A stretch of 64,000 nucleotides of DNA from an uncultured Clostridia bacterium (GTDB lineage: Bacteria > Bacillota > Clostridia > TANB77 > CAG-508), in NCBI GenBank assembly GCA_934122155.1, contig CAKOVX010000001.1, forward strand, positions 109,195-173,194, read 5' to 3'. The position numbers and the translations under genes are program-made. The notes under the pieces were generated by a model. It saw only the letters and a list, made by a program, of their open reading frames with translations, did no database searches and was not told where the DNA came from. This document shows, one piece after another, positions 19,425 to 27,814 of this stretch (positions are counted from its first letter, which is position 1; each line of letters starts with the position of its first letter).

Positions 19425-21299
19425 TCATTTTTTCTCCTTATTTATCTCTTCTGGTTCCTTAAACGTTGGTACTATTTCTTTGATGTATTTTTTTACTTCA
19501 CTGTTTTCATCTTTTTCAAGTTTTAGTAATTCTTTTAGCTTTTCTAATTTTTCATCAAGCTCTTCCATCGTTATACTCATTGGCTCTGTTATAAATATTT
19601 TGTCATGTTTAGTTGAAGTTAGACCTTCTTCTGACATTAGTATTTCTTCATATAACTTTTCACCTGGTCTTAACCCTGTAATCTCTATTGGTATGTCTAC
19701 ATTTGGTTCATAGCCTAGCAATTTTATCAAGCTAACCGCTAAGTCATATATTTTTACAGGTTCTCCCATGTCTAATACAAATATTTCTCCACCTTTTGCA
19801 TATGTAACTGCTTGTAATATAAGTTGTACTGCTTCTGGTATTGTCATGAAAAATCTTGTAATATCTTTGTGTGTTACTGTAACTGGTCCGCCTCTTTCAA
19901 TCTGTTTTTTAAATAGTGGTATAACTGAGCCATTACTTCCTAGTACATTTCCGAATCTAACAGCTACATATTCTGTTTTGCTTACTTTGTTTTTAGCTTG
20001 TACTATCATTTCACAAACTCTTTTGCTTGCTCCCATTATGTTTGTTGGGTTTACAGCTTTGTCTGTTGATATTAATACAAATTTTTCTACTCCATATTCA
20101 TCTGCACAATTTACTACATTGTATGTTCCAAACACATTGTTCTTAATTGCTTCTAACGGACTTTTTTCCATAAGTGGTACATGCTTGTGTGCTGCCGCGT
20201 GAAATACTATTTCTGGTTTGTATGTCTCAAATACATTGTTTAGTCTTGCTTTATCTCTAACACTTGCAACAATTGCTTCTAAATTAAGTTTTGGATATTC
20301 TGCTCTTAGTTCCATTTCTATGTCATATAAATTGTTTTCATATATGTCCAATATTACTAGTCTTTTAGGATCATATTTAACAATTTGTCTACATAGTTCT
20401 GAACCTATTGATCCTCCACCGCCTGTAACTAATACAGTTTTGTTTTTAATCAATGAATTGATGTTTCTGTTGTCTAAATGTACTGGTTCTCTTCCAAGTA
20501 AGTCTTCAATTTGTACATCTCTTAAGCTGTTCATTGCCCCTTGCTTTGTAATTACTTCTTCTGTTGTTGGAAGTACTCTTGTTTTTATTCCTGTTTCTTG
20601 ACAAATTTCTAATATTTTTCTTCTTGAAATTGCATCTATTCTATTAATTGCAAAAAATATTAAGTCTACATTTTTTTCTTTTGCCACTTTAGGTATGTCA
20701 TATCTTGTTCCTAGTACTTTGACTCCTAAAATATAATGGTTTATTTTACTTATATCATCATCAATTATTCCTACAATATTGTATTTGTCTCTCATGTTGT
20801 TTTTTATTGCTATAATTATTTCTCTTGCACCCATTCCGGCACCAATTATAAGTAGATTATTTGCCTTGTTATCTTGGTTTTTGTTTATTTTTTCATATTT
20901 TGACATTTTTCTGCTTAAAATTGACCTTCCTGCTAGTCTGTACATAACGAAAGTGCCAGCAATTAATATACCTGACAATACATTTATTTTTAAATTTATA
21001 TATTCAAAATTAAAAGCTTTATTTATTAATGACAAAATTATCATAGATAAAAATGCACTCATTATATATTTTATATAGTCTTTTCCGACCTCATATCGCA
21101 TCATATTTTTATACATTCGAAAAACATTCAAAAATATTTGATATGTAATAACTACTATTGCCAGTTGTATAGCAAATGTTTTGATATCATTTATATGCAC
21201 ATCTAAAAACATCATTGATATTATATAACAGCTTATAATAATAACTACATCTATTAAAATTAAAAGAATATTTTTATTCTTTTTAATTATTTCTTTCAT
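19425..21299 (-). CDS. Membrane-anchored UDP-GlcNAc 4,6-dehydratase (PglF/CapD/WbpM-like polysaccharide biosynthesis protein)
   Basis: 4 N-terminal TM helices, a Rossmann linker (LLIIGAGMGAREII) and an SDR dehydratase domain VLVTGGGGSIGSELCRQI...; 624 aa. Confidence 0.8.
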   Translation of the reverse strand: MKEIIKKNKNILLILIDVVIIISCYIISMMFLDVHINDIKTFAIQLAIVVITYQIFLNVFRMYKNMMRYEVGKDYIKYIMSAFLSMIILSLINKAFNFEYINLKINVLSGILIAGTFVMYRLAGRSILSRKMSKYEKINKNQDNKANNLLIIGAGMGAREIIIAIKNNMRDKYNIVGIIDDDISKINHYILGVKVLGTRYDIPKVAKEKNVDLIFFAINRIDAISRRKILEICQETGIKTRVLPTTEEVITKQGAMNSLRDVQIEDLLGREPVHLDNRNINSLIKNKTVLVTGGGGSIGSELCRQIVKYDPKRLVILDIYENNLYDIEMELRAEYPKLNLEAIVASVRDKARLNNVFETYKPEIVFHAAAHKHVPLMEKSPLEAIKNNVFGTYNVVNCADEYGVEKFVLISTDKAVNPTNIMGASKRVCEMIVQAKNKVSKTEYVAVRFGNVLGSNGSVIPLFKKQIERGGPVTVTHKDITRFFMTIPEAVQLILQAVTYAKGGEIFVLDMGEPVKIYDLAVSLIKLLGYEPNVDIPIEITGLRPGEKLYEEILMSEEGLTSTKHDKIFITEPMSITMEELDEKLEKLKELLKLEKDENSEVKKYIKEIVPTFKEPEEINKEKK

Positions 21300-21348
21300 T
21301 TTTATTTCCCCTTAGTTTTTTCAAAAAATTATATTTTACGCATTTATA

Positions 21349-21377
21349 ATTCTATAATATTACCATATAAAAAGCAA
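21349..21377 (-). promoter_or_regulatory. Candidate sigma-A promoter of the polysaccharide operon (TTGCTT-17-TAGAAT on the minus strand)
   Basis: Minus strand reads TTGCTT, then TTTATATGGTAATATTA (17 nt), then TAGAAT. It lies between the galE terminator and the first operon gene; no other intergenic gap larger than 30 nt occurs until 1655. Confidence 0.5.
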
Positions 21378-21407
21378 CCCTTTTTACGACATTTTTCTGG
21401 TATTTTT

Positions 21408-21446
21408 AACTCAAAAATATACCTATAAGTACTTAAACTTATAGGT
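21408..21446 (-). terminator. Rho-independent terminator of galE
   Basis: 10-bp perfect stem ACCTATAAGT/ACTTATAGGT with a 6-nt loop, followed on the minus strand by ATATTTTTGA. Confidence 0.7.
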
Positions 21447-21461
21447 AATATCATCTGTCCA

Positions 21462-22466
21462 TTATTGTTGTTTTTCTATATAGTTCCATGAGTCTCTGCA
21501 CATGTCTTCTAAGTTCTTTTCTGCTTGCCATCCTAGCTCTTGCTTTGCCTTTGTTGGATCTGCATAGCAAGTTGCTATATCTCCTTCTCTTCTTTCTGTT
21601 ATTTTATATTTAACTGTTTTTCCTGTTGCTTTTTCAAATGCTTTTACAACATCTAGCACACTATAACCTGTTCCCGTTCCCAAGTTATAAATATATAGGC
21701 CTTTTTGTTCTTTTTCTAATTTTTCTAACGCATTTACATGTCCTTTAGCCAAATCTACAACATGTATATAGTCTCTAACTCCTGTTCCATCTGGGGTATT
21801 ATAGTCATTGCCAAATACTGATAACTGTTCTAACTGTCCGCTTGCAACTCTTACTATATATGGCATTAAGTTGTTTGGTATTCCATTTGGTTCTTCTCCT
21901 ATTAGTCCGCTTTCATGTGAACCAACAGGGTTGAAATACCTCAATATACATATATCCCAGCTATTATCAGATTTATATACATCTTTTAATATTCTTTCAA
22001 TAAATAATTTAGTTGTTCCATATGGATTAGTTGTTCCTCCCACTTTGCACTCTTCTGTTATCGGAATAGTTTCTGGCTCTCCATATACTGTTGCAGATGA
22101 ACTAAATATGAATTTTTTGCAATTATATTCTCTCATTACATCTAATAGAGTTAATGCTCCACTTATATTATTTGTATAATATTCTATTGGTTTTTTTACC
22201 GATTCTCCAACAGCTTTAAATCCAGCAAAGTTAATTACAGCTTCAATGTCATTTTCTTGGAATACTTTTCTTAATCCTTCTTTGTTTAAATAGTCTAACT
22301 CATAGAACTTAAAGTCTTTACCTGTTATTTGTTTTATTTTGTCTAATACTTCTGGTTTGCTATTTGAAAAATTATCAAGTATAACAATTTCTTTTCCTTT
22401 ATTTAATAATTCAACTGCTGTATGACTTCCAATATACCCTGCTCCTCCCGGTAATAAAATTGCCAT
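21462..22466 (-). CDS. galE: UDP-glucose 4-epimerase
   Basis: [21 protein letters not shown], YxxxK and typical GalE length and motifs ([22 protein letters not shown]). Confidence 0.85.
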   Translation of the reverse strand: MAILLPGGAGYIGSHTAVELLNKGKEIVILDNFSNSKPEVLDKIKQITGKDFKFYELDYLNKEGLRKVFQENDIEAVINFAGFKAVGESVKKPIEYYTNNISGALTLLDVMREYNCKKFIFSSSATVYGEPETIPITEECKVGGTTNPYGTTKLFIERILKDVYKSDNSWDICILRYFNPVGSHESGLIGEEPNGIPNNLMPYIVRVASGQLEQLSVFGNDYNTPDGTGVRDYIHVVDLAKGHVNALEKLEKEQKGLYIYNLGTGTGYSVLDVVKAFEKATGKTVKYKITERREGDIATCYADPTKAKQELGWQAEKNLEDMCRDSWNYIEKQQ

Positions 22467-22467
22467 A

Positions 22468-23145
22468 TTAGTGTTCCTCCTTTTTTTCTAATATTATCTT
22501 TTTAACTTCTTCTACTACTTGTCCAATATTTAAATTTGTTGTATCTAATACAATTGCATCATCTGCAATTTTTAATGCTCCAACTGGTTTATTCATGTCA
22601 TTATAGTCTCTTGTTTTTATAGCTTCTAGCACTTCTTCATATGTCATGTCAATACCTTTTTCTTGGTTTTCTTTAAACCTTCTTTTAGCCCTCTCTTCTG
22701 TGGTTGCATCAAGATATATTTTTACATTTGCATTAGGAAATACCACTGTTGTAATGTCTCTACCTTCCATTATTACATCTATATTTTGTGCCATTTTTCT
22801 TTGCAAGTCTACCATTATTTCTCTTACTTCTGGTATTGATGATACCGGAGAGACAAACGCTGATACCTCTTTGCTTCTAATATCTTTACTAACATTTTTA
22901 CCATTTAAGTATACTTGCTGTTCTTTTCCTTCTTTTTTCATTTTTATATCTGCACTTTTAGCAATTTGTATGATTTTATTTTTTTCTTTGATGTCTGTTA
23001 TTCCTTGTTCCAGTGCTTGAAGCGTAACACACCTATACATTGCTCCTGTATCTATATTTATAAGTCCTAACTCACTTGATATTAGTTTTGTTATTGTTCC
23101 CTTTCCTGTTCCTGCTGGTCCATCAATTGCTACTATAAATGACAT
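22468..23145 (-). CDS. cmk: Cytidylate kinase
   Basis: [14 protein letters not shown]-loop and the Cmk-specific NMP-binding region. Confidence 0.9.
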   Translation of the reverse strand: MSFIVAIDGPAGTGKGTITKLISSELGLINIDTGAMYRCVTLQALEQGITDIKEKNKIIQIAKSADIKMKKEGKEQQVYLNGKNVSKDIRSKEVSAFVSPVSSIPEVREIMVDLQRKMAQNIDVIMEGRDITTVVFPNANVKIYLDATTEERAKRRFKENQEKGIDMTYEEVLEAIKTRDYNDMNKPVGALKIADDAIVLDTTNLNIGQVVEEVKKIILEKKEEH

Positions 23146-23163
23146 ATAATTATTCCTCCAAAC

Positions 23164-24063
23164 TTATTGTTCTTTTTTCTCTGGTACATATATAGCCTTA
23201 GCTACAATTGTAATATCTTTTACATTCATTGTTGTAAGTTTTTCTATTTCTTTTCTAATCTTGTCTTTGAACTCCCTCAAAGCTGTTAATATATTGTATC
23301 CAAAAATTATAGACACTTCCATATATATATTAGGTCCTTCTGGTGTACTTTCTACTCTTGTTTTTAGCACTTTATATATTGCATCTGAACGTGTTGCTAA
23401 ATACTCTGCTATTTGCCTAAATACAGAGTCTGAAATTGTAAAATTTCCTAAATAGCTAAATGTTGGTCTTATTATTGACTTTTCTGCTATGTATGGGTCT
23501 TTGTCTTTGCCTTTAAATTTAAAAATTTGAAGTGGGTCTAATATATACCCTGCAAAGTCTTTTTTTATTTCAAATGTTGGCACAGGAATAACATGTTTTC
23601 CTTGTGTTGTACGTATTCTCTTAGCCTCTTCCATTTCCGCTTCTGTTGCAACATCTTGAATATATATTCTTTTACTAACCTTAGGTAAGCCAAGGTTCTC
23701 AGCTATTTTGTCTATCATTCCATCAGAAGTACCCAAAATCAATATAGATTCCGGTTTGTATTTTTTTATTGCTTTTTTCATTTCATTTCTGTCTTTTTCA
23801 TTTATAAATATTGCTTTTTTTACAGTTTCAACTTTTGTTGGCGCTTTTTTAGCTGACGTTCCCGCAATAACATTATTTTCGCTTACAAGTAGTCCATCAT
23901 CAATAATGTATTTTACATTGTTTTCTTTTGCTACCATTTGTGCTCTGTAACTTTTACCTGTTCCTGACGGTCCAACAAACGCATATACTTTTATATCTTC
24001 ATTTGAATTCAAATTGTTAAATAATAATTGCAACGTCTTTTCTCCTTTAAAATTATTTTTCAA
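23164..24063 (-). CDS. Hypothetical P-loop NTPase with a C-terminal Asp23/Gls24-like region
   Basis: Walker A FVGPSGTGKSY; C-terminal segment ...YMEVSIIFGYNILTALREFKDKIRKEIEKLT resembles the alkaline-shock Asp23 family; function unknown. Confidence 0.3.
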   Translation of the reverse strand: MKNNFKGEKTLQLLFNNLNSNEDIKVYAFVGPSGTGKSYRAQMVAKENNVKYIIDDGLLVSENNVIAGTSAKKAPTKVETVKKAIFINEKDRNEMKKAIKKYKPESILILGTSDGMIDKIAENLGLPKVSKRIYIQDVATEAEMEEAKRIRTTQGKHVIPVPTFEIKKDFAGYILDPLQIFKFKGKDKDPYIAEKSIIRPTFSYLGNFTISDSVFRQIAEYLATRSDAIYKVLKTRVESTPEGPNIYMEVSIIFGYNILTALREFKDKIRKEIEKLTTMNVKDITIVAKAIYVPEKKEQ

Positions 24064-24451
24064 CAGTGATAATTTGATAGTCTGATCCTCTGTATGTAGT
24101 TCTTATTCTATTTCTAGCTATTTCTTTTAATTCATATTTTTCTACCATTTCATTATACCATTCTAGCCCCTCATGGTCAATTAGTATAATTCTTCCTTTA
24201 TAATTTTGTAAATCACTTTCTTCAAATATTATTTTCAATGGTGGGCTAAAGTTTTCAAATGGTTGTAAATCATGCTTTTCATCAATATCGTATAAACACC
24301 AATTGTATTCTGGCATTTGCACAAATATGTTTGTTGCATGATATATGTCTTTATATAAAATAATAGTGTTGTCTTGATATTGGCTTTTTACATACTCTAC
24401 TTCTGTTCCATTCACTGGCTTCATCAAACCATACTTCTGAGTGAAATGCAC
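24053..24451 (-). CDS. Hypothetical protein (GTG start). An out-of-frame upstream ORF with a signal anchor begins at 24524.
   Basis: 132-aa ORF with no recognisable motifs. The upstream ATG at 24524 opens MNKILEAKTFHILIFVLGIAFILIGAFHSE... in a different frame that overlaps this ORF. Confidence 0.3.
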   Translation of the reverse strand: MHFTQKYGLMKPVNGTEVEYVKSQYQDNTIILYKDIYHATNIFVQMPEYNWCLYDIDEKHDLQPFENFSPPLKIIFEESDLQNYKGRIILIDHEGLEWYNEMVEKYELKEIARNRIRTTYRGSDYQIITVEK

Positions 24452-24526
24452 CTATTAATATAAATGCTATTCCTAGCACAAATATTAAAATATGAAATGT
24501 TTTTGCTTCTAATATTTTGTTCATGT

Positions 24527-26056
24527 TTATCCCCTTTTATCTAGTAATGTAACAGAATATTTATATGCATGATAGTCTATTTCAAACATTTTTTGTTTTA
24601 TTAATTCAATATCTGAACCGTATCTTTGTACAAATTGATCATATATAGCATATGTTTCAGAATTTATAATCCATATTCTTCCTTTATAGTCATCTAATGG
24701 CTCTAATGTTTTTATTGTGGTCATGTTTTTTCCAAACGCCTCATATGCTGCTTCTTGATTCCAATAGCTCTCATCATAAAAGTATGTAGGCATATTATTT
24801 CCTAGTTGCATAGCTAGTGTAAATCCACTTCCTTCATTACCCCAAACTATTATGTCTCCATCTTCAAAATCTTGTTTAACATATTCTAAAGGTTGTGTGT
24901 TTGTTTCTGAATAGTTCATTTTTATTACATTTGTGTTTACTACTCCTGCTATTATTAATGTAGCAATACATATTAGTATTGGTATTATTTTAGTTCTTCC
25001 TTTTGCTATAAAGAATGATATAAAAAATATAAATAGTCCTGTTAAAACTAAGAAATATCTTGCATATAATATTGGCATTTTCATTGAAATAATTAAAGCT
25101 GTTAGCATTACTAGTATGTATATTGTAATAGCCCAATTACCAGCTCTTCTTTCTTTGCTCTTTATTGCTGTATATATAACATATGCAAGCATAATTCCGC
25201 CAAATATAAGTGCTACTATGTCACTTATAAATTTTGCATCCAAATTTCCTACAAATTGGAATATAAAAATTTGTTTAAATAATTCTAATGAAGGCCCTAA
25301 AATCCAATACCCTTTAGATACATGGCTTGTTTGGGTTAAAAAGCAAGCTATCCATGGCATATATAATATTATTTGTACTATTGCTGAAATTGTAAAACCT
25401 TTTAATTGTTTTGTATAGCACTTTTGTTTTATTGCTTGTCTTAGTAAGTATATAAATAGTATTAAATTTACTATTCCTGCTGTTACTAACGCATAATAAT
25501 GTGTATATGCTGATGCTAAACTAAATATAGCAAATATTATCCAATTTTTTGTACTTGAGTTTTTATATATTCTATAAGCATATATTGACATTAATGTTAC
25601 AAATAGCATTGCCCATGTATACATTCTAAGTTCTCCTGCATATATGCAGTTTATTGGTAAAAAGGATGTGAAAAATGAAAATAATATTCCTTCTTTTTCT
25701 CCAAAGTCTTTTCGTATATGTGTATATCCTAATATTCCAAGTACTACTAATGGAATTACTGACATTATTCTATAAGCGTATAAGTTTGTTCCAAATATTA
25801 AATAAATTATATGTAATATCCAATAATATAAAATTGGATGTACATCATTTCCACCAATTCTCCATATGTCTGCAAAACTATTTTTTACTATTCCTACTGT
25901 ATAACTTTCATCAAACCATAGATTGTTATGAAATACTGGTATTGTTATAAATATTATTCCTAATATTATTACAGCAATATGTAAATATTTTATTTTTTTC
26001 ATTTTTAATTTCATCCCTTCTTTTATGTGCAAATCTAGTTGATTTTTTTCTTTCAA
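24527..26056 (-). CDS. GT-C fold membrane glycosyltransferase (ArnT/PMT, GT39/GT83-like)
   Basis: ~12 TM helices with a DE motif in the first extracytoplasmic loop (NLWFDESYT), characteristic of GT-C lipid-linked-sugar transferases. Confidence 0.5.
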   Translation of the reverse strand: MKEKNQLDLHIKEGMKLKMKKIKYLHIAVIILGIIFITIPVFHNNLWFDESYTVGIVKNSFADIWRIGGNDVHPILYYWILHIIYLIFGTNLYAYRIMSVIPLVVLGILGYTHIRKDFGEKEGILFSFFTSFLPINCIYAGELRMYTWAMLFVTLMSIYAYRIYKNSSTKNWIIFAIFSLASAYTHYYALVTAGIVNLILFIYLLRQAIKQKCYTKQLKGFTISAIVQIILYMPWIACFLTQTSHVSKGYWILGPSLELFKQIFIFQFVGNLDAKFISDIVALIFGGIMLAYVIYTAIKSKERRAGNWAITIYILVMLTALIISMKMPILYARYFLVLTGLFIFFISFFIAKGRTKIIPILICIATLIIAGVVNTNVIKMNYSETNTQPLEYVKQDFEDGDIIVWGNEGSGFTLAMQLGNNMPTYFYDESYWNQEAAYEAFGKNMTTIKTLEPLDDYKGRIWIINSETYAIYDQFVQRYGSDIELIKQKMFEIDYHAYKYSVTLLDKRG

Positions 26057-26191
26057 TTCTTCGATACAAATTATATCACTCTTACATTTTATTGTCTACA
26101 CTAATTTGGTGACTCTGGAGACATGGTCAAGAGTCACCATTTTTGTCATTGGTCACATCTCCATTGCCACTCACTGGTATCGTATCTCCTA

Positions 26192-26410
26192 TCCATGGTC
26201 ACCACTCATTATTATTTTTGAAGAAGTTTGATTATTATACAACGCGATTCCTTGTAATAATCTATCTTCTAACATTGGGCTTGGCTTATTTCCCCATATT
26301 CCTGCTCCTAATACTAAAATACAATCTACATTTTCTAATTCTTTTGCTTGTTTCTCTGTAATTATTTTACTTTTTGTTTTATTTACTACTTTATAAACTA
26401 TTTTATGGGG
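26192..26410 (-). pseudogene. Remnant of a SanA/YdcF (DUF218) family gene, lacking its start/TM segment and its C-terminal half
   Basis: Minus frame reads PHKIVYKVVNKTKSKIITEKQAKELENVDCILVLGAGIWGNKPSPMLEDRLLQGIALYNNQTSSKIIMSGDHG*, which matches the conserved core of DUF218/SanA. There is no start codon, and a stop follows where ~130 more residues are expected. Confidence 0.45.
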
Positions 26411-26436
26411 TTAAGTATCTTTTAAATCACCTAAAA

Positions 26437-26472
26437 AAACGGCAAGAAAAGTTTAACCTTTCTTGCCGTTTT
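26437..26472. terminator. Rho-independent terminator downstream of the GT2 gene; structurally bidirectional
   Basis: GGCAAGAAA...TTTCTTGCC stem with A7 on one side and GTTTTATT on the other. Confidence 0.7.
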
Positions 26473-26476
26473 ATTG

Positions 26477-27733
26477 TTAACTTTGAACTTTTTCAGTTTC
26501 TGTTTCTGCCACTTCATGAATAGCAATTTTTCTAACATGTTCAATTTTTTCCCATGATGTATCACGTTTAAATAAACATTTAAAGTTTATAGCAATCCAT
26601 GAACCTAAGAATAATGGATAACATATTAATCCTTTAATCATTGGCTTGATTGGTCTTTTATCTAATAACATTATTAGTATTGCTGTTCCAATTGGTAATA
26701 AGAAAGTTGGTATTACATATCTTAGCATATTCATAGCTAAGTCAATATTTGTCATTCCGTTTCCTGCATACATAATAACATTTATTAATAGTAATACAAG
26801 TGTAAGAACAAACATTGGTATACTTCCTATAATGTATAAAAATCCGTCAAAGTTCATTATTGTTTTGTGTTCTTTAACTGCTAAAGCTAATGGCTTTGTG
26901 TATTCTTTTATACATTGCATATGTCCAACTGTCCATCTTGTTCTTTGTTTCCAGCTTTGTTTAAATCCTAAAGGTTGTTCGTCATAAACTACCGCATCTA
27001 CTGCCCATCCTAATTTTTTACCTTTAATTATTCTTTTTAGTGAAAACTCAATATCTTCTGTTAGAGTTTTTGTAACCCATCCTTCTGGTTTTACTACATC
27101 AAATCTAACCATAAAACCTGTACCATTGATTAATGGTGAAAGTCCTACATTATATCTAGCTAAATGATAAAAACGGTTCATTGTCCAATAGAATATTGCA
27201 TATCCTGCTGTAATCCAGTTATCTGTTGGGTTTTTAATATCTCTATATCCTTGAACAACATCTTCACCTTGGCAAAGTTTTTTGTTCATATTCTTTATAA
27301 AGTTTTTGTCTGCAACGTTGTCTGCATCAAATATGCAGAAAGCATCATATGGTGCATCTTCATCAATTTTTTGTCTCAAGAACCAGTTTAATGCATACCC
27401 TTTTGTTTTTTTGCTTGGGTCAAATCTTTCATATACAATTGCTCCTGCTGCTCTTGCAACATCTGCTGTTCTGTCTGTACAGTTATCTGCAATTACATAT
27501 ATGTCAAGCAATTCTTTTGGATAGTCTTGAGCTTTTAAACTTTCTATTAATTCTGTTACTACATTTTCTTCGTTATGAGCTGGAATAATAGCCATAAAAC
27601 GATGATTTTTGTCTACAAGCATTGGTTTATCTTTTAGTTTTACTAGTGAACACACACTAATTGCTAATTGATAAAACCAAAATATTGTTATAATCCATAC
27701 TAATGCTTGTTGAACAATATATAAATATTCCAT
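26477..27733 (-). CDS. Glycosyltransferase family 2 with a QxxRW motif (processive, PgaC/IcaA/cellulose-synthase-like, membrane-embedded)
   Basis: N-terminal TM, MAIIPAHNEENV, DAD (FDADN), QRTRW and 3-4 C-terminal TM helices. Confidence 0.65.
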   Translation of the reverse strand: MEYLYIVQQALVWIITIFWFYQLAISVCSLVKLKDKPMLVDKNHRFMAIIPAHNEENVVTELIESLKAQDYPKELLDIYVIADNCTDRTADVARAAGAIVYERFDPSKKTKGYALNWFLRQKIDEDAPYDAFCIFDADNVADKNFIKNMNKKLCQGEDVVQGYRDIKNPTDNWITAGYAIFYWTMNRFYHLARYNVGLSPLINGTGFMVRFDVVKPEGWVTKTLTEDIEFSLKRIIKGKKLGWAVDAVVYDEQPLGFKQSWKQRTRWTVGHMQCIKEYTKPLALAVKEHKTIMNFDGFLYIIGSIPMFVLTLVLLLINVIMYAGNGMTNIDLAMNMLRYVIPTFLLPIGTAILIMLLDKRPIKPMIKGLICYPLFLGSWIAINFKCLFKRDTSWEKIEHVRKIAIHEVAETETEKVQS

Positions 27734-27814
27734 TTTTTTCTCCTTTTTTATATTATAGAATTATTATATACATATCATTAAGATAATTCAACTATTTTAA
27801 TTAAATCTTAATAT

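Noticed and set aside
19768-20601. Several + strand ORFs (100-235 aa) inside the minus-strand genes. Examples: 19768-20202, 20218-20601, 43992-44540, 47509-48222, 54976-55683.
   Set aside because: They are antisense to strongly supported genes (pglF-like, ctpA, ftsX, recG), compositionally biased (Ser/Leu/Phe-rich from AT-rich antisense) and have no RBS; treated as spurious
26477-27733. Calling the QxxRW GT2 a cellulose or PNAG synthase
   Set aside because: The QRTRW motif indicates a processive GT2 but cannot distinguish the product; no BcsB/PgaD-type partner genes are present, so only family-level annotation is given
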